From a virus: 64,000 nt of DNA. The translations under genes and the position numbers were made by a program. Under the pieces are notes generated by a model. The model did no database searches and had not been told where the DNA came from. It worked only from the letters and a program-made list of their open reading frames with translations. Location: IMG/VR virus record IMGVR_UViG_3300035492_000037; one strand, 5' to 3'. Positions 1 to 9,461 of this stretch are shown one piece after another (within the stretch, counting starts at the first letter, position 1; every line of letters starts with the position of its first letter).

Positions 1-773
1 ATGACACCGGCATGGCTGGCAGCATCGGCGCCGTGGTCGAGATCAAGCTGGGCGACGACAAGGAAAGCGGCAAGCGCTACCAGATCGTCAGCCGAAACGC
101 ACCGAACAAGCGGCCTGACCTGTCCACCGAGGGTGGGCGCGCCAAGATCGCCGAAACAATCGACGCCCTAGGAGATGTGTTCGCCGCTAAGGTGGCGCGC
201 AACCTAGGCGTTGATCCTGAAGACGTGCCGGCCATGGGCGACCATGGCGGCATCAAGATGGGCGCCGCCGCCGTCGAGGCGGGTCTGGCCCACCGATTGG
301 GCTCGCTTGAGTCCGTGATCGCTGACCTGGCCCGCCCGGCAGCAAACCAACAGAGGAAACCCTCCATGCAGGTTAAAACCACTGCGGAGCTGCGTGCTGC
401 CATCGAGGCCGGCGCCGACCCGCTTACCATCGAGATCGCCGAGCCGGTCATGTCCGAACCTGTCGACGTCGACGCCATCAAGGCCGAAGCGTCTCAGGCC
501 GCAGTGACCGCCGAGCGTGAGCGCATCAAGGGCATCAACGCCCTGGCTGCAGTCGGCTTCGAAGAGGAAGTTTCGGCTGCCATCGATACCGGCCTGAGCG
601 TCGAGGCCACTGCGCTGAGCCTGTACAAGGCATCGCAGGACCGTGGCGTAACGCTGGGCGCGATCAAGAGCGACGCCAAGTCCGCAGCCGCTGCCAGTCC
701 CAAGGACGGCACCGACAAACCCACCATCTCCGCAAAATCCATCTGGGCACAACGCCAAGGCCGAGGAGCGTAA
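1..773 (+). CDS. S49-family head maturation protease/scaffold, 5'-truncated by the window edge
   Basis: Frame stays open to the window start; GSIG and A..AGLAHRLGSLE S49 motifs; sits before decoration and capsid genes as lambda C/Nu3 does. Confidence 0.8.
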   Translation, partial: DTGMAGSIGAVVEIKLGDDKESGKRYQIVSRNAPNKRPDLSTEGGRAKIAETIDALGDVFAAKVARNLGVDPEDVPAMGDHGGIKMGAAAVEAGLAHRLGSLESVIADLARPAANQQRKPSMQVKTTAELRAAIEAGADPLTIEIAEPVMSEPVDVDAIKAEASQAAVTAERERIKGINALAAVGFEEEVSAAIDTGLSVEATALSLYKASQDRGVTLGAIKSDAKSAAAASPKDGTDKPTISAKSIWAQRQGRGA

Positions 774-776
774 GAA

Positions 777-1130
777 ATGAGCTACGAAAAAGTAACCATG
801 GGCGCCCGCGTCGGCGAATTCCTGCTGAGCGAGGCCAATGGCGAGCGCTCCCGCGAAGAAGTCACCCTGGCTGCCACTGATGTCGCGCTGTCGGCCGGCA
901 CCGTACTGGGCAAGGTCACTGCGACTGGCCACTACGCGCCTTACAACGCTGCTGGCGCCGACGGTACCGAGACTGCCGCTGCGATCCTTTACGGCAACAA
1001 GCCGGTGTCCACCGAAGTGCAGCCAGCCGCTGTCGTCGTGCGTGATGCCGAAGTTGTCGGTGAACTGCTGGTCGGCTCAGACGCCGCCGCCGAAGTCGAA
1101 CTGCTCGCTCAGGGCATCGTCGTCCGCTAA
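777..1130 (+). CDS. Head decoration protein (lambda D-like)
   Basis: 117 aa; GTVLGKVTATGHYAPY and AAAILY motifs; position before the capsid gene. Confidence 0.85.
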   Translation: MSYEKVTMGARVGEFLLSEANGERSREEVTLAATDVALSAGTVLGKVTATGHYAPYNAAGADGTETAAAILYGNKPVSTEVQPAAVVVRDAEVVGELLVGSDAAAEVELLAQGIVVR

Positions 1131-1148
1131 CCCAACCCCTGCTTCCCG

Positions 1149-1172
1149 AAGCCGCCCTAGAGGCGGTTTTTT
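1149..1172 (+). terminator. Intrinsic terminator-like hairpin
   Basis: AAGCCGCC-CTAGA-GGCGGTTTTTT. Confidence 0.6.
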
Positions 1173-1190
1173 CGTTTCTGGAGAACGAAC

Positions 1191-2195
1191 ATGCCCGATT
1201 TGAACGTATTCGAAGGCGATGCCTTTTCGACCATCAGCCTGACCAAGGCCATCAACACCGCGCCGGACGGCCAGAAGGTTCCGACCCTGATCGATTCCCT
1301 CTTCGAAGAGGAAGGCATCAGCACCACGGCTGTGTTCATCGAACGCGACAACGACAGCCTGTCCCTGGTCCCGGCCAAGGATCGCGGCGCGCCGGCTGAC
1401 GTGACCGTCGGCAGCAAGCGCGACAAAATTCCGTTCCAGACTTTCCACCTGCCGACCCGCGGCAAGATCCTGGCCGACGAAGTGCAGAACATCCGTGCTT
1501 TCGGCTCGGAAACCGAGATGGAAAGCGTCGAAGCCATGGTGCAGAAGCATCTGATGAAGATGCGCAACCGCATCGACGCCACTATCCGCTTCCAGCGCGC
1601 TGGCGCCATCACCGGCAAGATCTACGACGCCGACGGCACCAAGGTGCTGCTGGACCTGCATGACCGCTTCGGCATCACGCAGAAGACCCAGGCGATGGCC
1701 CTCGGCACTGACACCACCAAGGTGCTGCAGAAGGTCACCGACGCCAAGCGCAAGTCCGAGGACAACATCGGCGACAGCGGCGTGATCACTGGCTGGATGG
1801 CCATCTGCGGTCGTGGCTTCTTCGATGCCTTCACCAACCACCCGGTTGTTGAAAAGGCGTTCGATCGCTTCAACGACGGCCAATTTCTGCGCGACGACAA
1901 GCGCATGTCCGGCTTCAGCTTCGGCGGCGTGATGTGGCAGGAGTTCTACGGCAAGGTCGGCAACATCGAGTTCGTCGGCACTGACGAGGCCTACCTGGTT
2001 CCGCTGGGCGTCGACGGCCTGTTCGTCACCAACTTCGCCCCGGCTGACTACATGGAAACCGTCAACACCAACGGCCTGCCGTACTACGCCAGCCAGGAAC
2101 TGCTGCCGCACAACAAGGGCGTTGACCTGGAAGCGCAGTCCAACCCGCTCAGCCTGTGCACCCGTCCGGGCGCAATCATCAAGCTGACCAAGTGA
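1191..2195 (+). CDS. Major capsid protein (lambda E family)
   Basis: 334 aa; F..ISLTKAIN N-terminus and QSNPLSLCTRP C-terminus typical of capsid E. Confidence 0.9.
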   Translation: MPDLNVFEGDAFSTISLTKAINTAPDGQKVPTLIDSLFEEEGISTTAVFIERDNDSLSLVPAKDRGAPADVTVGSKRDKIPFQTFHLPTRGKILADEVQNIRAFGSETEMESVEAMVQKHLMKMRNRIDATIRFQRAGAITGKIYDADGTKVLLDLHDRFGITQKTQAMALGTDTTKVLQKVTDAKRKSEDNIGDSGVITGWMAICGRGFFDAFTNHPVVEKAFDRFNDGQFLRDDKRMSGFSFGGVMWQEFYGKVGNIEFVGTDEAYLVPLGVDGLFVTNFAPADYMETVNTNGLPYYASQELLPHNKGVDLEAQSNPLSLCTRPGAIIKLTK

Positions 2196-2500
2196 TGTTT
2201 GGCGCCGACATTGACAGCGCTGTCATGGCGGCGCTGAACGATGGCTGCGGTGACTACTTCGACGCCGCGGGGCAACTCGCGGCGCGGGGTATTCCGCTGA
2301 TCGTGGATCACAACCTGGTGCAGAACGGCCCTGATGGGCTGTTTGTCAGCGACATGACCGGCATCACCTTCAGCAAGGCAGACCTGTGCAAGGTAAGCCG
2401 GGGCGGCGTGTTCGTCTTCGGCAAGCGGCGCTATCTGGTCGAAGAGCCGGTTTCTGACGACGGCCAGATGTGCACGATGGCCTGCATGGAGTCCCGATGA
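2195..2500 (+). CDS. Head-tail joining protein
   Basis: ATG overlaps the capsid stop (TGATG); size and position. Confidence 0.6.
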   Translation: MFGADIDSAVMAALNDGCGDYFDAAGQLAARGIPLIVDHNLVQNGPDGLFVSDMTGITFSKADLCKVSRGGVFVFGKRRYLVEEPVSDDGQMCTMACMESR

Positions 2501-2952
2501 ACATTCTCACCGAAGCGCGCCTGGCTCTTGTGGCCAGGTTGCAGACGATCACGGTTGCCAATGGCTACCGGACGAATGCGGGGCAGAACGTGAAGACGGG
2601 CTGGTTCAGCGAGATTCTAGAGTCGGACGACGTCGGATTTCCGCTGATCTGCTTGCAGAAGGCGAAGGGCGGCGATCCGGTCGAGGGGCCTGGCGTTATC
2701 CAGCTTGCGCCAGGTTTCTACGTCATTGGCGCAGTCGATGCCGGCCTGGACGACTACGACGACGCGCTGGAAGACATCGAGCTTGACCTTATCCGTTGCC
2801 TGATCACAGGCAAGGGCCGTCCGGTCGAGTGGATGCCGCGCGGTACGACCAGCGTGTCGCTATCGACATCTGAGCATTTCCCGCCAGGCAACGGTGAAAG
2901 GGCGTCGAGCGTGATGCTCCCGATCCAGCTGGCACTGAACATCCGGCCATAG
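2497..2952 (+). CDS. Tail terminator/completion protein
   Basis: ATGA overlap; RLQTITVANGYRTNAG motif; position before the tail tube gene. Confidence 0.65.
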   Translation: MNILTEARLALVARLQTITVANGYRTNAGQNVKTGWFSEILESDDVGFPLICLQKAKGGDPVEGPGVIQLAPGFYVIGAVDAGLDDYDDALEDIELDLIRCLITGKGRPVEWMPRGTTSVSLSTSEHFPPGNGERASSVMLPIQLALNIRP

Positions 2953-2969
2953 CGCCAAACCCAAACATC

Positions 2970-2996
2970 AAGCCCGCCATCGAGCGGGTTTTTTTT
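2970..2996 (+). terminator. Intrinsic terminator
   Basis: GCCCGC-CATCGA-GCGGGT followed by a T run. Confidence 0.7.
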
Positions 2997-3014
2997 CACC
3001 CGGAGAAAACTCGC

Positions 3015-3542
3015 ATGGCCAACTATGCATATATGGGCAAGGGCATCGTAAAGCTCGCCCCCGAAGGCGGCGGCACCGCGCGCGACGTGGGCAACGTGTC
3101 CGCGCTCAGCTTCAACGTCAACGAAAACATCATCAAGCTGCCGAACTACCGCACCGCTGGCGGCGGCACCTATGCTCAGGTGAACCGCATCGAGTCGGTC
3201 GAGTTCACGGCCACGCTGCACGACCTGAGCCCGGAGAACCTGGCGATGGTTCTGTTCGGCACGGTGACCGAGGATGCCGTTAACAACAAGGCCACTATCG
3301 AAGCACTGACCACTGGCGCGCAGACCTTCCTGATGACCTTCGAAGGCGTGAACGAGGCGGCCACCGGCAAGACTGTGACCGTGACCGTGCATCGCGCCAA
3401 GATCGGTGCCGCTCAAGGCCTCGGCTTCATCGGTGACGAATTCGGCGCGCTGGAGATCACCGGCGAGGTTCTGATTGACACCAGCATCGTGACTGCTGGC
3501 CTGTCGCAGTTCTTCAAGGTCGAGATGGACACCATCGCCTAA
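3015..3542 (+). CDS. Major tail tube protein
   Basis: YMGKGIV and VGNVSALSF motifs; position. Confidence 0.75.
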   Translation: MANYAYMGKGIVKLAPEGGGTARDVGNVSALSFNVNENIIKLPNYRTAGGGTYAQVNRIESVEFTATLHDLSPENLAMVLFGTVTEDAVNNKATIEALTTGAQTFLMTFEGVNEAATGKTVTVTVHRAKIGAAQGLGFIGDEFGALEITGEVLIDTSIVTAGLSQFFKVEMDTIA

Positions 3543-3625
3543 GCGCCCGAGTCCAAGCCCATCGGATCGGTGGGTTTTGGCGCGTGCGCCGTGGTAGATT
3601 TCCCTCATCAATGGGAGGGAACCTG

Positions 3626-4030
3626 ATGCAGTGCCCGAAATGCGGCTACGAGCCAACAATGAGCGAGATGCTGGGCAGCCCGGATGATTGCGTGAAGTGC
3701 GGCGCTAACTTTGCGACCTATAAAGCGCCAACTGTCGCCGAGAAGCTGGCGAAAGGCATGAAGGGCGCCCGAGCAGCTGTTGCAGAGGGTAGGGCGGCGC
3801 GCAATGGCAGCCTTTACTGTCCAGCGTGCGGAACGACAAGCGAAGGGCAAACGCATACGCGCGGCTCAATACTCATCGAGATCATCCTGTGGCTGTGCTT
3901 CCTGGTGCCCGGCATCATCTACAGCATCTGGCGCCTGACCACCCGTCAAAAGGTATGTCCGGCCTGCAAGAATCCAGGCGTGATTCCGACCAATTCGCCC
4001 AGAGCGAGGCGAGAACTCGGTATCGACTAA
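3626..4030 (+). CDS. Moron-type membrane protein with Zn-ribbon motifs
   Basis: CPKC..CVKC, CPAC..CPAC pairs and a hydrophobic segment (ILIEIILWLCFLVPGIIYSIW); GGGAGG RBS; terminators at 3555-3578 and 4049-4074. Confidence 0.7.
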   Translation: MQCPKCGYEPTMSEMLGSPDDCVKCGANFATYKAPTVAEKLAKGMKGARAAVAEGRAARNGSLYCPACGTTSEGQTHTRGSILIEIILWLCFLVPGIIYSIWRLTTRQKVCPACKNPGVIPTNSPRARRELGID

Positions 4031-4088
4031 GCCGCCACCCAACACACGAAACCCGCTTCGGCGGGTTTTTTATTGCCCGGAGTTTTGC

Positions 4089-4454
4089 ATGAGCGATCTG
4101 AAAATCCTGTTTCCCGAGCCAGTCACCGTCGAGGTGATGGGGCGCGACGTGCAGATCCTGCCGGTGAAACTGCGCCACTTCGAGCGCTACGGCAAATCGG
4201 CCGGCGCCCTGGTCGAGCTGTTCAGCCAGGCCAGTGTTCAGCAGATCAACCGCTACGCAGCCACGCATAGCCGCGAGCTGCGCCAGGTGCTGCTGGCCAC
4301 GACCAGCCTCAAGCGCTGGCAGTTGTGGTTCCTGCCCGCGACTGTTTCCGTGCAGCTGCTCGTCGAAGTAGTGCGGGTGAACTCGAGTTTTTTCGGCGAC
4401 GCCCTGCCGGCAATGGTCAGGGCGCTGAATGGAGCGCCGTCGTCCAACGGCTGA
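4089..4454 (+). CDS. Tail assembly chaperone (G-like)
   Basis: Between tail tube and tape measure genes; slippery T TTT TTC at 4388-4394. Confidence 0.75.
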   Translation: MSDLKILFPEPVTVEVMGRDVQILPVKLRHFERYGKSAGALVELFSQASVQQINRYAATHSRELRQVLLATTSLKRWQLWFLPATVSVQLLVEVVRVNSSFFGDALPAMVRALNGAPSSNG

Positions 4455-4630
4455 TCGCGGCAGGCCACGCGCTGGGCGATGTGCAGGACTACAGCCTGCC
4501 GCAGATCGAGGCATTCCTCGCAGCCGTTGATGCCGAGGACCGTGCCGCCAACCGGGTGGCGCTCATTGCTTCTAGGGCGGCCAACATCAAGCCGGACGAT
4601 TTCAAGCGACTGCTCAAGGAGTTCACCTGA
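4388..4630 (+). CDS. -1 frameshift extension of the tail assembly chaperone (GT-like)
   Basis: The -1 frame after TTTTTTC is open to 4630 and abuts the tape measure ATG. Confidence 0.65.
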   Translation, partial: FFRRRPAGNGQGAEWSAVVQRLIAAGHALGDVQDYSLPQIEAFLAAVDAEDRAANRVALIASRAANIKPDDFKRLLKEFT

Positions 4631-6774
4631 TGGCACAGGCGAAGACCAGCGTCATCATTGATGGCAAAAACAACACCAAGCAGGCGTTCGACGAGGTTAA
4701 TAACCAGATCGAGTCGATGAATAAAAAGCTCTCGGCGGCCGGCAAAGCGCTCAAGGGTGTGTTCACCGTCTCTGCAATAGCCGGCGCAATCCGCGGTATC
4801 GCCAATGCGGCCGACAGCTACAACCTGATGAACGCTCGCCTGAAGCTGGCGACCGAATCGCAGGAAGAGTTCAACACCGCGCAGTCCGAGCTGCGCCGCA
4901 TTGCACAGGCAACGCAGGCACCGCTGGAATCGCTGGCCACTCTGTACCAGCGCGTCAGTCGACCGCTGAAGGAAGCCGGCCGCAGCCAGGAAGAAATTCT
5001 GCAAGTCACCGAGGCTGTTGCGACATCGTTCCGCGTCTCCGGCGCAAGTGCTCAAGAGGCCGAGAACGGCGTGATCCAGTTCGCCCAGGCGCTCGGCTCT
5101 GGTGCGTTGCGCGGCGACGAGTTCAATAGCGTGGCCGAGCAGGCGCCGCGCCTGATGCAGGCGCTAGCCGACTCGCTTGGCGTGCCGGTCGGCGCGCTGA
5201 AGGAGATGGCGGCGCAGGGTGAATTGACGGCTGATGTCGTGACCGATGCCTTGGTCGGCCAGCTCGACACATTGCGGCGCGAGGCAGAGTCCCTGCCGCA
5301 AACCGTAGGTGGCGCGATGACCGAGCTGACCGATAGCTGGAACAAAGCTATCGGCCAGGCGAATGTGCAGCCACTGGTGGATGCGATCAAGTCGCTGTCT
5401 GAGACGCTGAGCGATCCGGTCGTAGTCGATAACCTGGTCAAGCTGGCTTCGGCGCTGGCTACGCTGGCCGGAACGGCTGTGGAGGGAGCTTCAGAGTTCG
5501 TTGATCTTGGCAAGCGCATCGCGTTCGTTGCCGCCAATGCGTCCGGCATGGTGACCGAGCTTGACCAGATCGACCAGCAGATAGCCGACCTCGACCGCAG
5601 CCTGCAGGGTACCGGCCTCAGCACAACCATTGACGGGTTGCTGTTCTCGCCAGAGGAGCTGCAAGCAAAGAAGGACGCGCTGGTTGCGTTCCGCGCGGCA
5701 ATCGTTGCCGAGCAAAGCGGTATGAACGCAGAGCTGCAGGCCGCCGCCGACATGGCAGCGAAAGCGGCGGCAGCTACCCGCCAAGAAGAGGTCAAGGCCC
5801 AGCGTGACTATGTTGCGGCGCTGAGCAGCACGCGCGATGAGTTGGTCAAGCAGGCAAAGGCCGGCGCCAAGCAATTGGTTTCGGCTGAGAAAAGTGCGCT
5901 GTCCGAACTCAAGAAGGTGCGCGATGAAAGGTTGAAGATCGAGGAGCGCTACCGCGAGGCGCTAGCAGGCCTGAATGGTCCTGGCGAGGCCTCCTACGGG
6001 GCTGCGCAATCGCTCAAGGTAGGCGCCCGCGAAGCGCTGCGCGCTGGCGATATCGAAGGCGCCAAGGCGCAGGCACAGGCCGCGCTCAAAATGCTGCAGG
6101 ACCTGGCCGCAGCAGGGGAGAACACCTACGGCTTCGCCGGCTTCATCGGCGAGCTGCAGGATATTGAGCTGGCCGCAAACGACATCGAGAAGAGCAACGC
6201 CGAGGCAAAGATTCAGTCAATCCGCGACGAGATGGCCGCGCTAAAGGAGCAGGCTGACAAGCTCAAGGATGCACCGATCAGCTTCAAGATGGACGAGGAA
6301 AGCCTAAACGGCGTGAAGAGCCAGATTCAGCAACTGGCCGAACAGCTCGGGCAGCAATTGGTGATTCCGGTCAAGGTTGCTGCCAACGACTTCACCCAGC
6401 CCTACACCCTGCAAGATCCCGGCCCCGCGCCGAGCGGCTTCGCCACGGGCGGCTACATCAGCGGGCCTGGCACCGGTACCAGCGACAGCATTCCAGCGCT
6501 TCTCTCGAATGGCGAGTACGTCATTCGCGCGGCAGCGGTGAAGAAGCTCGGCAAGGGCTATTTGGACTGGATCAACCGGGGCCTGCACGTCCCGCGGTTT
6601 GCGGACGGCGGCCTGGTCGGCGCTGTGTCATCGATGCAGCCGCAGCAGGGGCGTGACCTCGGCCGGGTGGACCTCAACGTTGGCGGCGAGTCGTTCTCGT
6701 TCCTCGCCGAGCGCGACCAGTTCGACCGGGTACTGAGCCGCACAAGGGCCAAATTCGGCCGCACTCACGGATAA
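4630..6774 (+). CDS. Tape measure protein
   Basis: 714 aa, Ala-rich and helical; GALRGDEFNS N-terminal tape-measure motif; GFATGGYISGPGTGTSDSIPALLSNGEYV C-terminal motif. Confidence 0.9.
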   Translation: MAQAKTSVIIDGKNNTKQAFDEVNNQIESMNKKLSAAGKALKGVFTVSAIAGAIRGIANAADSYNLMNARLKLATESQEEFNTAQSELRRIAQATQAPLESLATLYQRVSRPLKEAGRSQEEILQVTEAVATSFRVSGASAQEAENGVIQFAQALGSGALRGDEFNSVAEQAPRLMQALADSLGVPVGALKEMAAQGELTADVVTDALVGQLDTLRREAESLPQTVGGAMTELTDSWNKAIGQANVQPLVDAIKSLSETLSDPVVVDNLVKLASALATLAGTAVEGASEFVDLGKRIAFVAANASGMVTELDQIDQQIADLDRSLQGTGLSTTIDGLLFSPEELQAKKDALVAFRAAIVAEQSGMNAELQAAADMAAKAAAATRQEEVKAQRDYVAALSSTRDELVKQAKAGAKQLVSAEKSALSELKKVRDERLKIEERYREALAGLNGPGEASYGAAQSLKVGAREALRAGDIEGAKAQAQAALKMLQDLAAAGENTYGFAGFIGELQDIELAANDIEKSNAEAKIQSIRDEMAALKEQADKLKDAPISFKMDEESLNGVKSQIQQLAEQLGQQLVIPVKVAANDFTQPYTLQDPGPAPSGFATGGYISGPGTGTSDSIPALLSNGEYVIRAAAVKKLGKGYLDWINRGLHVPRFADGGLVGAVSSMQPQQGRDLGRVDLNVGGESFSFLAERDQFDRVLSRTRAKFGRTHG

Positions 6775-6784
6775 CGGAGCCACC

Positions 6785-7294
6785 ATGGCACAACCCACCA
6801 TCATGCTCGGCGGCGTGCCGATCGTGCTGCACGCCGGTGCGCCGGAGGAAAGCATCGGCGCCATCGGCGGCTCTACCGTGCTGCGTATGAGCGACGGCGC
6901 CGGGGTGAAGATGCAGCACTGGCAGCGCTCGGCCGGCAGCATTTCCGGCTCCGGCTGGATGCCGCCAGGCCTCGCCGGGCTGGACTACTCGCAGCCGCTT
7001 GAGCTGCGCAGCACCAAGGTGCTGAGCCACGTTGGCGCCGGCACAGCCTTCACGCTACTCGGCACGCCTCGGCCGGATGTCGCGCCTTGGGCGCATGCGC
7101 TGGTCGGCGATCAGTGGGTGCGCACCGCCTGCACCTACGCCGACGGCGTGGTCACCGTCACCCCTGTGGCCGGCGCCACCCTGTACCAGGCCTGCTACAT
7201 GCCGGTGTTCTCGGTGTTCGCCGAGCCGCCGAGCGAATCGCAGAGCGCCGGCACCGCCACGCACAGCTGGTCGATCAACTGGGAAGAAACCTAA
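6785..7294 (+). CDS. Minor tail protein (distal tail position)
   Basis: RBS GGAG; immediately after the tape measure gene. Confidence 0.55.
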   Translation: MAQPTIMLGGVPIVLHAGAPEESIGAIGGSTVLRMSDGAGVKMQHWQRSAGSISGSGWMPPGLAGLDYSQPLELRSTKVLSHVGAGTAFTLLGTPRPDVAPWAHALVGDQWVRTACTYADGVVTVTPVAGATLYQACYMPVFSVFAEPPSESQSAGTATHSWSINWEET

Positions 7295-9025
7295 ATGCTC
7301 AACGCCGCACCGCTCAACAGCGCGCCGCTCAACAGTGCCGGCAGCTCTACGCAGGAGCCTGTCTATGTGGTGCGCGGCCAGGCCTATACCTGGCGCCTGC
7401 GATTGGTGGTCGGCGGTGTGGATGTCACGGCCCAGCTCACCGGCACCGTCGAGGTGGACCGGGAAGAGGGCGCCGCGGCGGTCGGTTCGTTCGATCTCCA
7501 CCTGGCGCAGGGGCCCGTGGTGCCGAGCGATTGGGTCGGCCGCAGCGTGGCGCTCGACTACCTGAGCACAGCGGCCGGCGAGACAGTCGAGGCCCGGCGC
7601 CTGACCGGCCGCATCAGCAGCACGACCTGGAACCCCATTCGCCGCATCCTCAGCTGCGAGTGCTCCGACCAGCTGCAACAGCGCGTCGAGGGCATGGCCA
7701 TTGCCGACCTCGATGCCCTGATCGGCGGCTACTGGTCGGCCGATGTGTTCGAGCCGATCGAAGGGCGCAGCCATTGGGATTACGCGCTCGAGCGCCTGGA
7801 AACGCTCCCGGCCAGCCTCGACTGCTCGGTGACGGGCGAACTGCGCGTCACCTCGTGGTTCGCGACCGACGCTGCGTTCTCGTTCGGCCCTGGCACCACG
7901 CTCTACGAATCGGTGAGCGTGGACCTCGCGCCGCTCGGCAACATCACCAACCGCGTCGAGATCGAATTTGCCTACCGCTACCCGCGGCTCTGGCAGCTCA
8001 ACGAGGAGTACAGCTGGACGCACCCAGAAACCACCGGGCTCGGTGGCATACAGGGGTTCTGCGCCTGGCGGACATGGTCCACCGAGCTGCCGACCACCGA
8101 CATGATCGAGAGCGCCATCGAAGGCTCCGGGCGCACCCTGGTTGGCACCGTGACGGGCACCAAATTGCCGCTGTCCATGGCCAACCCCTGCGGCGACGGC
8201 AATGCCTGGGTCAACACGTTCGACAACCTCTGGCTGATCGCCAGCGTCTCCGGCGCCACGCGCTGGGCGCAAACGGTCACCGAGAACTACAAACTCACCC
8301 TGGCCACGCCGGAGGGCGAGGTGGCCGCTACGCAGATCATCCAGCGTGCGGCCTACACCCTCAGCATCGAGGACGACCGCGCGGACGACTGGTCGCGTGA
8401 CCCGATCACCGACGGGGAGACGGGCAGCCAGGATCTGACCGCGCCGGCCCGGCGCGACGCCGCCCTCGAGGTGGCGCTGCGCAGCGCTCAAACGGAAATC
8501 ATCGCTGCACACCGGCAAACGACCCTCAGCTGGCAGGTGCCTACCAGCCTCGCGCTGGGTATCGACCTCGTGCATACGCTCGAGCTGAACGACCAGGGCG
8601 CCCGCGGCACCGGCAAATGCCGGCGCATCGTCGACTCATTCGACCTCGGCGCGGGGCTGGCGACCACCACGCTGAGCATCGCCGTCATGCGCGGCAGCGG
8701 CACGAGCGATGCGCTCGGCCTGCCAGCGGCGCCGGACACCAGCCTGCCGCCGTTCGAGGCGATCCCCGAGTTCCAGGCGCTGCCCACCCAGCTCGGTGGG
8801 CGGCTGAACGACCCGTACACCGGCCAGCCGATTCCGCCGTATGACGACGAGATCGACGGGTTTTCCGGCAACTACGACGCCACCGATGACCTGACCGCCG
8901 AGACGTTCCCGCGGCGGTTCAGCATCCGCACCCGCGAGATCGGCGAGCAGTACCGCGACGAGCGCACGGCCGAGGCCGCCGCGCTGTACCGCGTGGGCAT
9001 CCCGAACGACAAACTGGAGCTGTGA
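7295..9025 (+). CDS. Minor tail/tail tip hub-like protein
   Basis: 576 aa, coupled to the upstream gene; beta-rich; N-terminal LNxAP repeats. Confidence 0.55.
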   Translation: MLNAAPLNSAPLNSAGSSTQEPVYVVRGQAYTWRLRLVVGGVDVTAQLTGTVEVDREEGAAAVGSFDLHLAQGPVVPSDWVGRSVALDYLSTAAGETVEARRLTGRISSTTWNPIRRILSCECSDQLQQRVEGMAIADLDALIGGYWSADVFEPIEGRSHWDYALERLETLPASLDCSVTGELRVTSWFATDAAFSFGPGTTLYESVSVDLAPLGNITNRVEIEFAYRYPRLWQLNEEYSWTHPETTGLGGIQGFCAWRTWSTELPTTDMIESAIEGSGRTLVGTVTGTKLPLSMANPCGDGNAWVNTFDNLWLIASVSGATRWAQTVTENYKLTLATPEGEVAATQIIQRAAYTLSIEDDRADDWSRDPITDGETGSQDLTAPARRDAALEVALRSAQTEIIAAHRQTTLSWQVPTSLALGIDLVHTLELNDQGARGTGKCRRIVDSFDLGAGLATTTLSIAVMRGSGTSDALGLPAAPDTSLPPFEAIPEFQALPTQLGGRLNDPYTGQPIPPYDDEIDGFSGNYDATDDLTAETFPRRFSIRTREIGEQYRDERTAEAAALYRVGIPNDKLEL

Positions 9026-9026
9026 C

Positions 9027-9461
9027 ATGGCATTGGGTGATGAACGCCGCGCCTCTGGCCGGCAGATGGAGCAATCTCGTCGCGCCGCCGGGCAGGCGAT
9101 GGAGGACGCACGCAGAGCGGGTGGCCGGCAGATGGAGGCGTCGCGCCGTGGCGAGGCCATGGTCGATGACATCAACAGCATCGTCCGCCCGCGCCGCCAG
9201 GCCACGCCGCTGCGCCGCGTCGATCCGGTCGGCCCGCTGCCTGCCACGCGCGGTACCGGTGTATACCAGGCGCCGGCCAGCGGTACGGGCGGCGGCATTG
9301 CCAGCCCCGTGACCGAGCCCAGCGCGGCCACGCGCACCTACTGGCCCGGTGGCTGGCCGAGCAACGACGGCCTATTGGTGCTGCCTGCCATTCGCCAGGT
9401 GCAGATGCAGGACGCCAACGGCGCCGAGGTGATATTCGACTACGCGGACCCGAGCGCATGA
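9027..9461 (+). CDS. Putative virion tail protein
   Basis: Tightly packed in the tail operon; N-terminal RRAxGxxME repeats. Confidence 0.5.
   Translation: MALGDERRASGRQMEQSRRAAGQAMEDARRAGGRQMEASRRGEAMVDDINSIVRPRRQATPLRRVDPVGPLPATRGTGVYQAPASGTGGGIASPVTEPSAATRTYWPGGWPSNDGLLVLPAIRQVQMQDANGAEVIFDYADPSA

Noticed and set aside
2161-2171. CCCGTCCGGGC inside the capsid gene, matching the 30334/30683 repeat core in reverse
   Set aside because: Short GC-rich match within conserved coding sequence; likely chance
7055-8575. 506-aa minus-strand and 437-aa alternate-frame ORFs
   Set aside because: Shadow frames of the 7295-9025 gene; Arg/Ala/Gly-rich composition typical of non-coding frames in high-GC DNA
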